Assembly (NCBI GenBank): GCA_044220955.1
Contig: JBGAQA010000001.1
Location: 158,777 to 222,776, forward strand
Source: Sandaracinaceae bacterium
GTDB taxonomy: Bacteria; Myxococcota_A; Polyangia; Polyangiales; Sandaracinaceae
Length of the DNA stretch: 64,000 bases
Reading direction: 5' to 3'
Position 1 is the stretch's first letter; each line of letters begins with the position of its first letter. Below, piece by piece: positions 32,401 through 41,076 of this stretch. The position numbers and the translations under genes were made by a program. The notes under the pieces are model-generated. The model made no database searches and had not been told where the DNA came from. It saw only the letters and a program-made list of their open reading frames with translations.

Positions 32401-32477
32401 CCCTGCGCGCCGGCGGTGCTCGCGAGCGAGGCGAGCGCCAGAGCGAGCGCGAGAGACCTCAATCCAAGAAAGCCCAC
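29409..32477 (-). CDS. S8 subtilase fused to an MXAN_6640-like metalloprotease, with internal and terminal MYXO-CTERM-like motifs
   Basis: VAVVDDG / HGTSCAG / GGTSSSCP triad; SHEFFHAVQ; two GGC.C-TM-Arg motifs. Confidence 0.8.
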   Translation of the reverse strand: MGFLGLRSLALALALASLASTAGAQGRWLDRGHWLQASPAPNGGLVVVRDDGMRFAAALGTERVIVSGPARAFAQEGVAIDEVLSARAEIFAIRSTRGEDPYALAERLAPLVARGVLRAAMPDLALGHTRAAITVPPDDPLYGGQWFFQTIHIEDAWRHEDGDPSITVAVVDDGCDLTHPDLAPHMLQGYDALDDDMDPSFLPATAGNNHGTSCAGLVAAATDNGVDVAGACPECSLRCVRLLGADGTLVPISTDVRAYDFVLMQPDVAVVSNSWGFSEATPAPGPLVDVLNMVQTQGHGGVGALLVFAAGNDARVLGNDELEAIPGIVTVGATNTFDEAASFSNSGECVALVAPTGTLTTDVAGPDGDAPGDTTDRFGGTSSSCPIVAGIAGLMASRRPAMSAADLRAALIASVRPAPFATPDAMGHDPLYGFGIVDPAAALALVDPAGVPDAGPRDAGPVDAGPVDAGAGDAGTSAPASGGCGCSAAGAGAASGPMALGLVLALVLARRSRRARAVAAALALAGCAGDPAAVAHVDELRPDTPGSTDGPPYYAASETVESIVSPGGAFRIHFTRAGTNAVPPADADANGTPDYVDFVALQYDTVLETYTTLGFRAPRPDTGVADHGGDALFDVYLLDFTAASGGGADGSFRREQCVAGSGCTGYMLQENDLVGFGYPSVHYGARLLASHEFFHAVQAAYDDQLGAQGSTLSESTAVWASERFDPSQTDVENFSAAFLMRPDRALAIDPVGPVQPYAYGAAIVWEYYATRYDDALVVSFWDELDTTSGASTSNWLDVLDVVLARDHATTFHASYVDFAEWLLFTGSRVDEARGPRRGQQLAEVASMAVTLPYRTLSSRVFPASAHYFEVSGNHVAVRLGGAAPEGVDVIAVAFRDGFFVADARGVGQVDLAAATADTIFVVLANGATSGSSNAVAICIAGDASECDAAPDAGMAMADGGGAGADAGMASPAPGGGCACRAGAGPRTGRGLSVGLAGLVLARLRKRRDPRRHRPLCRSSVST

Positions 32478-33271
32478 TGGAGCCGGATGTTACCCGAGGA
32501 CCCCGGCGTCGTCGGCATCGTGCCGCTCGTGTCGCACGCCGCCTGGTCCGGCGCGTTGTAGTAGCTGACGACCTCGAGCTTCACGTGCCGCATGTTCGCC
32601 AGCTGCACGACGTACACGTTGTGCGACATCGAGACGCAGCCGGGGTACGTCCAGTAGCTCGAGAGGACCGTCGCCGGCGAGCCGAGCCCCGACCCGTCCG
32701 GCACGATCCCGCACGTGCCGCTCGTCAGGTAGACCTCCTCGTGGAACGAGAGGCCCGAGGGAACCGACGTGACCGAGTCGAACGCCGGCGGGCCGCCGGT
32801 GCCCGGGTCGTTCGGCAGCCGCGCGGCCTGCACGCACGAAGGGCCCGACACGCCGCTGTTGAGGCGGATGATGAAGCGCCGGAACGCGATGTCCCACGCC
32901 GTGGACGCGAGCGCGTCCTGATCGGAGATGTCGACGCGGACGAGGCCCGCGTCCGTGAAGCGGGCGTAGACGTAGCTCTCGGTCGGCGAGATGCCGCCGC
33001 CCATCGAGTCGACGTGCGACGCGTGCGTGCCCGCGGGCGCGCTCTCCTCCTCCACGGTGCGCGTGCTGACCGTCGTGAACAGGTCGAGCATCGCGATCTG
33101 CTCGTCCTGGCACGACGGCGCGACGGGACCGCAGGTCATCGGGGCACCGGCGTCGGAGCCCGCGTCGGTCACGACGGCCGCGTCGGCCGCGGGCGCCGGG
33201 GTGCCGCTGCAGCCATCGAGCGCGAGCAGGGCCAGCAGTGAGAAGAGGGCAGAATAAGAGGTACGCCGCAT
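32459..33271 (-). CDS. HmuY-family lipoprotein
   Basis: Lipobox LDGC; WDIAFRRF.IRLNSGVSGP; VKLEVVSYY. Confidence 0.78.
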   Translation of the reverse strand: MRRTSYSALFSLLALLALDGCSGTPAPAADAAVVTDAGSDAGAPMTCGPVAPSCQDEQIAMLDLFTTVSTRTVEEESAPAGTHASHVDSMGGGISPTESYVYARFTDAGLVRVDISDQDALASTAWDIAFRRFIIRLNSGVSGPSCVQAARLPNDPGTGGPPAFDSVTSVPSGLSFHEEVYLTSGTCGIVPDGSGLGSPATVLSSYWTYPGCVSMSHNVYVVQLANMRHVKLEVVSYYNAPDQAACDTSGTMPTTPGSSGNIRLQWAFLD

Positions 33272-33395
33272 CGGTCCGGGATGACACGAGATCGCCGCGA
33301 GCGCACCTCTTTCTCTCCTTCGTTGACCCCGAAAGCGCGGCACAAGTACGCTGGCAACGCATCGCGGCATGGACGCCGCGGTGTCGAGGGAGAAC

Positions 33396-34166
33396 ATGGT
33401 GCCCACGGCTGCTCGATCGACGAACCCACGGGGGTCTTCCCGGACACGCGCCATCGCCATCTCCATCGCGTGCGTTCTCTCCGCCGTCGCGTCCACCGCG
33501 TTCGCCGGGGACGTCCACGGCACGCTCACGGTGCCGGCGGACCTTCCCTCGATGACGCCGCCGCCCTCGGGCGACGAGGCCGTCGCGCGCACGCGCTACT
33601 GGGAAGAGTGGAACGGCCTCGTCGACCCGCGGCCGACGCGGGTCGACCCGGCGCGCGAGATCGCCGTCGTCCTGACCGGGGAAGGCGCGCTGGTCGAGGC
33701 CGATCAGCCGCCCTATCGGCTCCACAACGGCTCGCTCCAGCCGGCGACGGTGGTCGTGCGGGTGGGCTCGGGCTTCCAGATCCGCAACGACGACGGCTGC
33801 TCGTACGAGCTCTTCGCCGAGGGCCTCGACGAGATCGGGCCCGTGCAGACGGCGCCCGGAAACGCGCGACCGCTGACCGTGTCGGCCGCGGGCCACTGGC
33901 CCCTGGCCGAGCGCAACTACCCGCACGTGCGCGGGCACCTGCACGCGATCGCCGACCTCGTCGCGCGCGCGACGGTCGAGCCGAGCGGCAACTACACGTT
34001 CCACGGCGTGCCGGCGGGGAGCTACGTGCTCCACGTCTTCCACGGCGATCACGAGGTCAGCTCGCAGCCGGTCACGGTGACCGACGCCGCGCTCACCATC
34101 CCCGCCATCCAGGTCCAGGCCGCCGCGGCGGCCGCTGCCGCGGCGCCCCCGGCGCCCGCCCACTGA
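33396..34166 (+). CDS. Secreted cupredoxin-like / carboxypeptidase-regulatory-like protein
   Basis: Signal ending AFA; P..VVVRVGS...IRNDD; GNYTFHGVPAGSY.L.VFH. Confidence 0.6.
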   Translation: MVPTAARSTNPRGSSRTRAIAISIACVLSAVASTAFAGDVHGTLTVPADLPSMTPPPSGDEAVARTRYWEEWNGLVDPRPTRVDPAREIAVVLTGEGALVEADQPPYRLHNGSLQPATVVVRVGSGFQIRNDDGCSYELFAEGLDEIGPVQTAPGNARPLTVSAAGHWPLAERNYPHVRGHLHAIADLVARATVEPSGNYTFHGVPAGSYVLHVFHGDHEVSSQPVTVTDAALTIPAIQVQAAAAAAAAAPPAPAH

Positions 34167-34179
34167 GCACAGGAGCCCA

Positions 34180-36069
34180 ATGCTGCCCTTGACGCGGTTC
34201 TGGTCCCTGATCCTGGTGCTCGGCGCGGTGGCCGGCGTGGCCGTCGCGATGATCGGCACGCACGTGATCGACGAGCGCACGGACGACGCCGCGGTCGCGG
34301 CCCTCGCGCGCGATCGCTTCGAGCTCGAGGCGCTCCTCAAGCTCGACGCGCGCGCACGGATCGACGCGATCGCGCCCGTCGCGGCGAACGGCGACGTCCG
34401 CACGGCGCTGCGCACGGCCACGGGCCGAGCGGCCGGCGCCGAGATCGACGAGACGCTGATGACGAACCTGCACGCGCGCCTCGGCGAGCTGAACGGTCAG
34501 CTCGGCGAGATGGCGGGCGACCTCGTCTTCGGCGTCGACGCGAACGGGATCATCGTCGCGCAGGTCGGCGGCACGCCGCCACCGCACGGCGCCGGCCTCG
34601 GCGCGTTCCCGCTCGTGCGCCGCGCGCTCGACGGCTACGTGCGAGACGACGTGTGGGTCTACAACGGAGAGACCTACCGCATGGCGGCCAGGCCGGTGAT
34701 CGACGCCGGCCAGTACGTGGGCGCGGTCATCCTCGGCAAGCGCTTCGACGACGCGTTCGCGGCGCGACTCGTGACGCGCCTCAGCGGCGCCTCGCTCGCG
34801 TTCTTCCTGCGCGATCAGGTCGTCGCGAGCGCGATGCCCGCCACGGGCGATGCGGGCATCCCGCGCAACGAGATCGGCACGCCGCTCGCGGCCGTCATCA
34901 CCGCCGCCGAGTGGGACGCCGGCCAGCTCTCGCCCCCCCAGGATCTGGCGACCGGCGGCGTCGCGGTGTTCGCGCCCGTGGTGGGCAGCGCCTCGTACGC
35001 GCACTTCGGCTACGCGCTCGGCCGGCCCCGGCCGCGGCTCGGGAGCCCGACGGCGATCCTGTCGCTCGCGTCGAGCGAGGACTGGGCACGTCTGCCCTGG
35101 CCGATGCTGGGCGGCATCGCGTTCCTGCTCTTCGTGATCGCGATGTTCACGATCTGGCTCGAGCACAGCCGGCCGCTCACCCACTTCCGGGTCGCCGCCG
35201 ACAAGCTCGGCAAGCGCGACCTCGATCGCCTCGTGCCGCCCGAGTTCGGCGGGCAGCTGCGCACGGCCGCGGCGAGCATCAACGAGGCGCTCGACAAGGT
35301 GCAGGACGCGGCGGCCGCGACTGGCTCGCGCCGCAAGGCAGCCGACCTCGACCAGATCCTCGGCAAGGCGCCCGAGGCGAGCTCGCCGGCGTTCTTCGGG
35401 TTCGGCGAGGACAAGAGCCGGTCCTCGGGCGGCGACTTCGATCTGCCCCCCGTCCCGCCGGCGGCGCCGCCGCCGGCCGCGCCCGCGCCCTCCTCGCCCG
35501 CGATCCCCAAGCCCCCGCTCGCGCCGCCGGCGGCCGCGCCCGTCCCCGCGCCACCGGCCCCCGCGGCCAAGCCCGCCGCGCCGCCCGCCCCCGCGGTTCC
35601 GGCGCCGCCCGGCAAGCCCGCGGCGCCGGAGCGCCCGAAGCTGCAGGATCCCCTCGGCACGACGATGATCGGCGTCGGCTCCGGCGGGACGTCGGGCATC
35701 GGGATGGTGCAGGCGCAGGCCGTGTCGCGGCCCCCGACTCCGGCGGCACCGCCGCCCCCGGCCGACGACGGTGGCGACGACGAGGACGGCGCCACCATGG
35801 TCGCCAAGGTGCCGGACGAGCTCTTGAAGCGCGCGGGCAGCGAGGAGGCCGAGCAGGAGGCGCACTACCGCGACGTGTTCGAGCAGTTCCTGGCGACGAA
35901 GAAGCAGTGCAACGAGCCCGTCGTCGGGCTCACCTTCGACAAGTTCGTGGTGACGCTGCGCAAGAACCGCGAGCAGATCGTGCAGAAGCACGGCGCCGCC
36001 AAGGTCCGCTTCACGGTGTACGTGAAGGAGGGCAAGGCGGCCCTGAAGGCGACTCCGATCAAGGAGTAG
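34180..36069 (+). CDS. MXAN_5187-family membrane protein
   Basis: TM, Cache-like region, TM, HAMP-like region, Pro-rich linker, C-terminal F..FL.TKK.C.E...LTFDKF...L.KN.......VRFTVYVKEGKAALKATP. Confidence 0.75.
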   Translation: MLPLTRFWSLILVLGAVAGVAVAMIGTHVIDERTDDAAVAALARDRFELEALLKLDARARIDAIAPVAANGDVRTALRTATGRAAGAEIDETLMTNLHARLGELNGQLGEMAGDLVFGVDANGIIVAQVGGTPPPHGAGLGAFPLVRRALDGYVRDDVWVYNGETYRMAARPVIDAGQYVGAVILGKRFDDAFAARLVTRLSGASLAFFLRDQVVASAMPATGDAGIPRNEIGTPLAAVITAAEWDAGQLSPPQDLATGGVAVFAPVVGSASYAHFGYALGRPRPRLGSPTAILSLASSEDWARLPWPMLGGIAFLLFVIAMFTIWLEHSRPLTHFRVAADKLGKRDLDRLVPPEFGGQLRTAAASINEALDKVQDAAAATGSRRKAADLDQILGKAPEASSPAFFGFGEDKSRSSGGDFDLPPVPPAAPPPAAPAPSSPAIPKPPLAPPAAAPVPAPPAPAAKPAAPPAPAVPAPPGKPAAPERPKLQDPLGTTMIGVGSGGTSGIGMVQAQAVSRPPTPAAPPPPADDGGDDEDGATMVAKVPDELLKRAGSEEAEQEAHYRDVFEQFLATKKQCNEPVVGLTFDKFVVTLRKNREQIVQKHGAAKVRFTVYVKEGKAALKATPIKE

Positions 36070-36167
36070 AGGCGCGGGTCGTTCGAGGTCCATCCGAGCG
36101 AGCGCGGGGCGCGGAGGCGTCGCCACTGGTGAGGCGTGTACGAGTCCTGACGTACGTCGTGGGACGC

Positions 36168-36908
36168 GTGGACGGCGGGTATTCGGAAGATGGGATCAAG
36201 ACGTTGGGAGAGGGTCCGACGTACGTGAATGATCGGGCCGGGGAGCGACGATGATGCTGCTTCTGCCCGGGATGGACGGCAGTGGCGCGCTCTGGGGGCC
36301 GCTCGTCGCGGAGCTCGGCGGGGTCGAGGTCGAGCGCTGGCGCTATCCGACGAACGTCGGGAGATACGACGAGCTGCTCGACGGGATTCCGCGGATCGAG
36401 GCGCCCACGATCGTCGTCGCGGAGTCGTTCGGCGGGCCGCTCGCGATCCGGCTCGCGGCGCGGGACCGCGGCGTACGTGAGCTCGTCCTGATCGCCTCGT
36501 TCGCGCGCGGCCCGCGGCTCGCGCGATGGACGGGCGCGCTTGCCGCGCTCACCCCTCACCCGCCACCACGCTACGCGGTGCGTGCGGCGTTGCTCGGCGG
36601 CCCGCACCCGATCGAGGACGCTCTGCTCGCCGCGATCGCCGCCGTCGAGCCTGCCGCGATGCGAACGCGCATCCGCGAGGTCGCGAGGGTCGACGTCCGC
36701 CGCGAGCTCACGTCGCTGCGCATCCCGGTCACGTGGATCCACGCGACCCGAGATCGCCTCCTCGGCCCGCCGACGCCGAGCTCCATCCCGATCGACGGTC
36801 CGCACCTCTTGGCTCAGACCCGCCCGCGCGAGATCGCCGCGATCCTCCGACGTACGTCGGACCCTCCCCCAACGTCCTGATCCCCTCTTCCGAATACCCG
36901 CAGTCCAC
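36168..36908. repeat. 59-bp inverted repeat pair (36168-36226 / 36850-36908)
   Basis: 55 of 59 positions match the reverse complement. Confidence 0.9.
36251..36880 (+). CDS. Alpha/beta hydrolase
   Basis: LLLPGMDGSG, AESFGG, HATRDRL, GPHLL. Confidence 0.85.
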   Translation: MMLLLPGMDGSGALWGPLVAELGGVEVERWRYPTNVGRYDELLDGIPRIEAPTIVVAESFGGPLAIRLAARDRGVRELVLIASFARGPRLARWTGALAALTPHPPPRYAVRAALLGGPHPIEDALLAAIAAVEPAAMRTRIREVARVDVRRELTSLRIPVTWIHATRDRLLGPPTPSSIPIDGPHLLAQTRPREIAAILRRTSDPPPTS

Positions 36909-37040
36909 TGGAGGAGCCGCCGTTCGCTCCTCTGGACCTCCGCACGCCGCGCCAGCCCCTGCCGAGCCCCTCCCGGCTCCTGTCCTCCCCGTGAAACGCG
37001 AGTCGCCCCCCCGACCTCATCGGCTATCCTCGTCCGCACC

Positions 37041-38762
37041 ATGACCTCCCCCGACTTCGCGACCGTCGCCCCCCGTGTCTCGTCCACGCCGCGCGATCAC
37101 ATCGACGCCGCCATCAAGCGCCTCGCGTCCAAGAAGCACGAGTGGACGCGCGTCGGCACCGCCAAGCGCGCCGACTACCTCGAGCGCTGCATCGTCAAGA
37201 CGCGCAGCGTCGGGCGCGAGTGGGTGCGCGCGGCGTGCGAGGCCAAGGGCATCGACCTCAAGTCGCCCCGCGCGGGCGAGGAGTGGCTCGGCGGGCCGAT
37301 GACCACGATGCGCAACCTCCGGATCCTCGCGGAGGCGATGCGCTGCGGCGGCGAGCCGCCGATCCCGCGCACGTGGAAGCGCCCGGACGGGCAGGTCGTG
37401 GCGGAGGTGTTCCCGCAGAGCACGCTCGACAAGCTGATGTGGACGGGCGTCAGCGCCGAGGTCTGGATCGAGCCGGGCGAGAAGGCGACGCAGGGCAAGA
37501 TCTACCGCGACAAGCGGAACGCCGCGCGCGCGGGCGGCGCCGAAGCAGCGGGCAAGCTCGCGCTGGTGCTCGGCGCGGGCAACGTCGCCTCGATCGGGCC
37601 GATGGACGCGCTCTACAAGCTCTTCGTCGACGACGAGGTCGTGCTCGTGAAGACGAACCCGGTGAACGCGTACCTGCAGCCGTTCTGGGAGGAGGCGTTC
37701 CGCCCGCTGCTCGACGACGGCTACTACGCCGTCGTGCGCGGCGGCGCCGACGTGGGCGAGTACCTCTGCAACCACCCGGAGATCGAGACGATCCACATCA
37801 CCGGCTCGGACCGCACGCACGACGCCATCGTCTGGGGCGCGGGCCCCGGCCAGGAGGAGCGCAAGAAGCTCGGCCAGCGCAAGCTCGACAAGCCCATCAC
37901 GAGCGAGCTCGGCGCGGTCACGCCCTGCATCATCGTCCCCGGCGAGTGGAGCGAGTCCGACCTCCACTTCCAGGCGCGCCACGTCGCGGGCATGGTCGCC
38001 AACAACGGCAGCTTCAACTGCAACGCCTGCAAGGTGCTGGTGACCAGCGCCGGCTGGCCGCAGCGCGAGCGCTTCCTCGAGCTCGTTCACGAGGCGCTGC
38101 GGCGCACGCCTCCCCGCAAGGCGTACTACCCCGGCGCGCAGGAGCGCTACCAGGGCTTCCTCGATCACTACGAGGACGCGATGCCGCTCGGCGAGCGAAC
38201 CAAGGACCAGGTGCCGTGGACGATCCTTCCGGACGTGCCCGCCGAGCAGGGCGAGTACGCGCTCAGCAACGAGGCGTTCTGCGGCGTGCTCGCCGAGACC
38301 ACGCTGGACGCCACCGACCCGAGCGCCTTCCTCGAGGCGGCGACCCGCTTCGCCAACGAGGACTGCTGGGGCTCGCTCTCCTGCATGATGCTCATCCACC
38401 CGGACACTGCGCGGCAGCACGAGCGCGCGCTCGACACCGCGCTCGCGAACCTGCGCTACGGCGGCATCGGCGTGAACCTGTGGGCGGGCGTGATCTACGG
38501 GCTCGTCACGCCGACGTGGGGAGCCTTCCCCGGCCACCCGCTCGAGGACATCCGCTCGGGCCGCGGCGTGGTGCACAACGGCCTCTTGCTCGACCACCCG
38601 CAGAAGTCGATCGTGCGCGGGCTCTTCCGCATCAGCCCGACGCCCGCGTGGTTCCCCGATCACAAGACGCTGAACGTGCTCGGCGAGATCATGACGGACT
38701 TCGAGGCGGCTCCGAGCCTGCTGAAGCTGCCGTTCTTGCTCCCGGTCGCGCTGCGCGGGTGA
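37041..38762 (+). CDS. Aldehyde dehydrogenase-family protein
   Basis: LVLGAGN, HITGS, SELG.VTP, NGSFNC, EAF. Confidence 0.85.
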   Translation: MTSPDFATVAPRVSSTPRDHIDAAIKRLASKKHEWTRVGTAKRADYLERCIVKTRSVGREWVRAACEAKGIDLKSPRAGEEWLGGPMTTMRNLRILAEAMRCGGEPPIPRTWKRPDGQVVAEVFPQSTLDKLMWTGVSAEVWIEPGEKATQGKIYRDKRNAARAGGAEAAGKLALVLGAGNVASIGPMDALYKLFVDDEVVLVKTNPVNAYLQPFWEEAFRPLLDDGYYAVVRGGADVGEYLCNHPEIETIHITGSDRTHDAIVWGAGPGQEERKKLGQRKLDKPITSELGAVTPCIIVPGEWSESDLHFQARHVAGMVANNGSFNCNACKVLVTSAGWPQRERFLELVHEALRRTPPRKAYYPGAQERYQGFLDHYEDAMPLGERTKDQVPWTILPDVPAEQGEYALSNEAFCGVLAETTLDATDPSAFLEAATRFANEDCWGSLSCMMLIHPDTARQHERALDTALANLRYGGIGVNLWAGVIYGLVTPTWGAFPGHPLEDIRSGRGVVHNGLLLDHPQKSIVRGLFRISPTPAWFPDHKTLNVLGEIMTDFEAAPSLLKLPFLLPVALRG

Positions 38763-39844
38763 GCGTCGTGAGGAGCGAGGCAACGAGGTCGCTCTCGCTC
38801 TCGCTCTCGCTCTCGCTCTCGCTCTCGCTCTCGCTCTCGCTCTCGCTCTCGCTCGTGGGGTGCGGGTCCGCCGAAGGCCACTTCGACGCTTCGGCGGCCG
38901 ATGCGGGCGTGCGCGATGCGGCCGCGCGCGACGCGTCCGCCGTGGCCGACGCGTCCACGATGGACGCCCCCCCGGCCGTCGACGCCGCGCCCGACCTCGA
39001 CGCGACCTGGGGACCCTGCATGGTCGGCAGCACGCCCGGCGTCTGCGAGGACGTCGCGCTCTGCACGGGCATGAACACCGCCGTCAGCGGGCACTGCCCG
39101 GGTCCGTCCACGATCCAGTGCTGCGTCCCGAGCACGACGCCGATGAGCTGCGATCCGACCGTGATGGTGCAGCCCAACGTCGGCGTCGCGGACGAGGCGC
39201 CCGGCGTCGGTGGCTGCCCCGATGGAATGCTCCCCGTCACGACCACGCTCTGCGTCGATCGGTACGAGGCCTCTCTCGTCCGCCTGGACGACGGCACCGA
39301 GTGGTCCCCCTACTTCACGCCGCCCGCGTCGGTCCCCGTGATCGCGCGCTCGCGCGCGGGCGCGGTTCCACAGGGCTACATCTCCGGCGTGGCTGCCGGG
39401 GCGGCATGCACGAACGCCGGCAAGCGCCTCTGCACCGACGCCGAGTGGCTCCGCGCCTGCCAGGGCTCGATGGGCCTCACCTACCCCTACGGCAACACGC
39501 GCATGACCGGCGTCTGCAACGACCACCGCGACGTGCACCCCGCCGTCGAGCGCTTCGGCACGAGCGCCTCCTGGATCTACTCGATGCTGAACGACGCCTG
39601 CATCAGCCAGCTCCCGATGTCGCTCGCGCGCACGGGCGAGTACACGGGCTGCGTGTCCGAGAGCGGCGCCCACGACATGATGGGCAACCTGCACGAGTGG
39701 ACCGCCGACCCGGCGGGCACGTTCCGCGGCGGCTTCTACGTGGACACCGTGCTCAACGGCCCTGGCTGCCTCTACGCGACGACCGCGCACGACACCGGCC
39801 ACCACGACTACTCGACCGGCTTCCGCTGCTGCGCCGATCGGTAG
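38759..39844 (+). CDS. FGE/SUMF1-sulfatase domain lipoprotein
   Basis: CVDRYEAS, KRLCT..EW.RAC, DMMGNLHEWT, TGFRCC; lipobox LVGC; GTGA overlap with upstream stop. Confidence 0.85.
   Translation: MSVVRSEATRSLSLSLSLSLSLSLSLSLSLSLVGCGSAEGHFDASAADAGVRDAAARDASAVADASTMDAPPAVDAAPDLDATWGPCMVGSTPGVCEDVALCTGMNTAVSGHCPGPSTIQCCVPSTTPMSCDPTVMVQPNVGVADEAPGVGGCPDGMLPVTTTLCVDRYEASLVRLDDGTEWSPYFTPPASVPVIARSRAGAVPQGYISGVAAGAACTNAGKRLCTDAEWLRACQGSMGLTYPYGNTRMTGVCNDHRDVHPAVERFGTSASWIYSMLNDACISQLPMSLARTGEYTGCVSESGAHDMMGNLHEWTADPAGTFRGGFYVDTVLNGPGCLYATTAHDTGHHDYSTGFRCCADR
38789..38854. repeat. (TCGCTC)x11 perfect tandem repeat
   Basis: 66 bp encoding (Ser-Leu)11. Confidence 0.9.
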
Positions 39845-39850
39845 AGCGCG

Positions 39851-41029
39851 TCAGCAGAACATCGGCAGAGAGCACATCGGCGGGTTACAGCAGATCGTCC
39901 CGCCCGTGCACGCACCGCTGAACTGCGCGCAGGTACCGGCCGCGTTGCACTGCCACACGCCGCAGTGGACCAGCGGATTCGTGCACGCCGTGCCGGCCGG
40001 CGCCGTAGGGCAACGCTGGGTCTCGCTGCGCGTCGCGCCGACGCAGAGCCCGCTGCCGCACGTGTACTCGGTGCAGTCCCGCGTCTGCATGGTGAGCGGC
40101 TGGCACGTGCCCACGTAGCTGCACGTGCCCGTCCAGGCCGTGCAGGATCTCGGTGCGCAGGTGTCGCCGTCGGTCGGTGGACCCACGCAGCTCTGCGTGT
40201 CGGTCGCGTCCGATCCGACGCACGTGCCCGCCATGCAGCTGAAGCTTCGGATCGTGCGGCTGTGCGTCCCCGTCGTCCCGCAGGCGCCGCTGAACCCGCC
40301 GCACGGGCCGAACGCGCCCGTGATCGGCGCCGGGCAGTCGGCGTCCGTCGCGCACCGCGGCCCCGCGTCTGCGCCCGCATCGCCCGCGCCCGCATCGCCC
40401 GCCCCCGAGTCCGGGGCGCCCGTGTCGGCCCCCACGAACGCGTCGAGCGAGCCCGCGTCGCTCGCGCTCGCGTCGTCCGCGACGAACGCGTCCACCGCGC
40501 CCGCGTCGCCCGCGCCGCCGTCCGCGGACGCGCCCGCGTCCGAGAGTCGGCCGGCCGTTCCGGTCCACGGCTGGGGAACGACGTCGACGGACGTGCACGC
40601 GCCGCCCTCCCCGCACGTCTGATCGCTCCGCCCCGCGCAGGGCATGGTGGAGGCGTCGCACGCGCGCAGCAGATCGAGGCGGACCATCATCGAGCGATTC
40701 GCCGAGAGCGACACGCGCGCCTCGCGCGACACCACGGTCGTGCCCGCCGAGAGGCCGCTCGCCACGATCCGGATCGGTCCGAGCGCGGCGCCGGCCGGCA
40801 CGACGGTCAGCGTGTAGGGGAGCGCCGCGGCGCTCGCCATCGGCTGGCGCTCGAGGTGGTGCATCCCGTCCGGGCCCTGGACGTCGACGTCGATCTCGTC
40901 GAGCTGACCCGGGATCGCGTAGTCGGTGTCGACGACGACGATCAGCTCGGTCGCGGCCGCCTGGCTGCACCCCGCGTGGGATGCGGAGGCGGCGAGCGCG
41001 AGGCCGGCGAGCAAGAGACGACGGGGCAT
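39851..41029 (-). CDS. Cys-rich lipoprotein with TSP1-like C-terminal repeats
   Basis: Lipobox HAGC; TELIVVVDTD domain; CG.TGT.SRT.R and QTRDC units. Confidence 0.7.
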   Translation of the reverse strand: MPRRLLLAGLALAASASHAGCSQAAATELIVVVDTDYAIPGQLDEIDVDVQGPDGMHHLERQPMASAAALPYTLTVVPAGAALGPIRIVASGLSAGTTVVSREARVSLSANRSMMVRLDLLRACDASTMPCAGRSDQTCGEGGACTSVDVVPQPWTGTAGRLSDAGASADGGAGDAGAVDAFVADDASASDAGSLDAFVGADTGAPDSGAGDAGAGDAGADAGPRCATDADCPAPITGAFGPCGGFSGACGTTGTHSRTIRSFSCMAGTCVGSDATDTQSCVGPPTDGDTCAPRSCTAWTGTCSYVGTCQPLTMQTRDCTEYTCGSGLCVGATRSETQRCPTAPAGTACTNPLVHCGVWQCNAAGTCAQFSGACTGGTICCNPPMCSLPMFC

Positions 41030-41076
41030 CGGCCCATCGTGCGTCGGGCAGGCCGGTCCCGGCAAGCTGCACGCGC

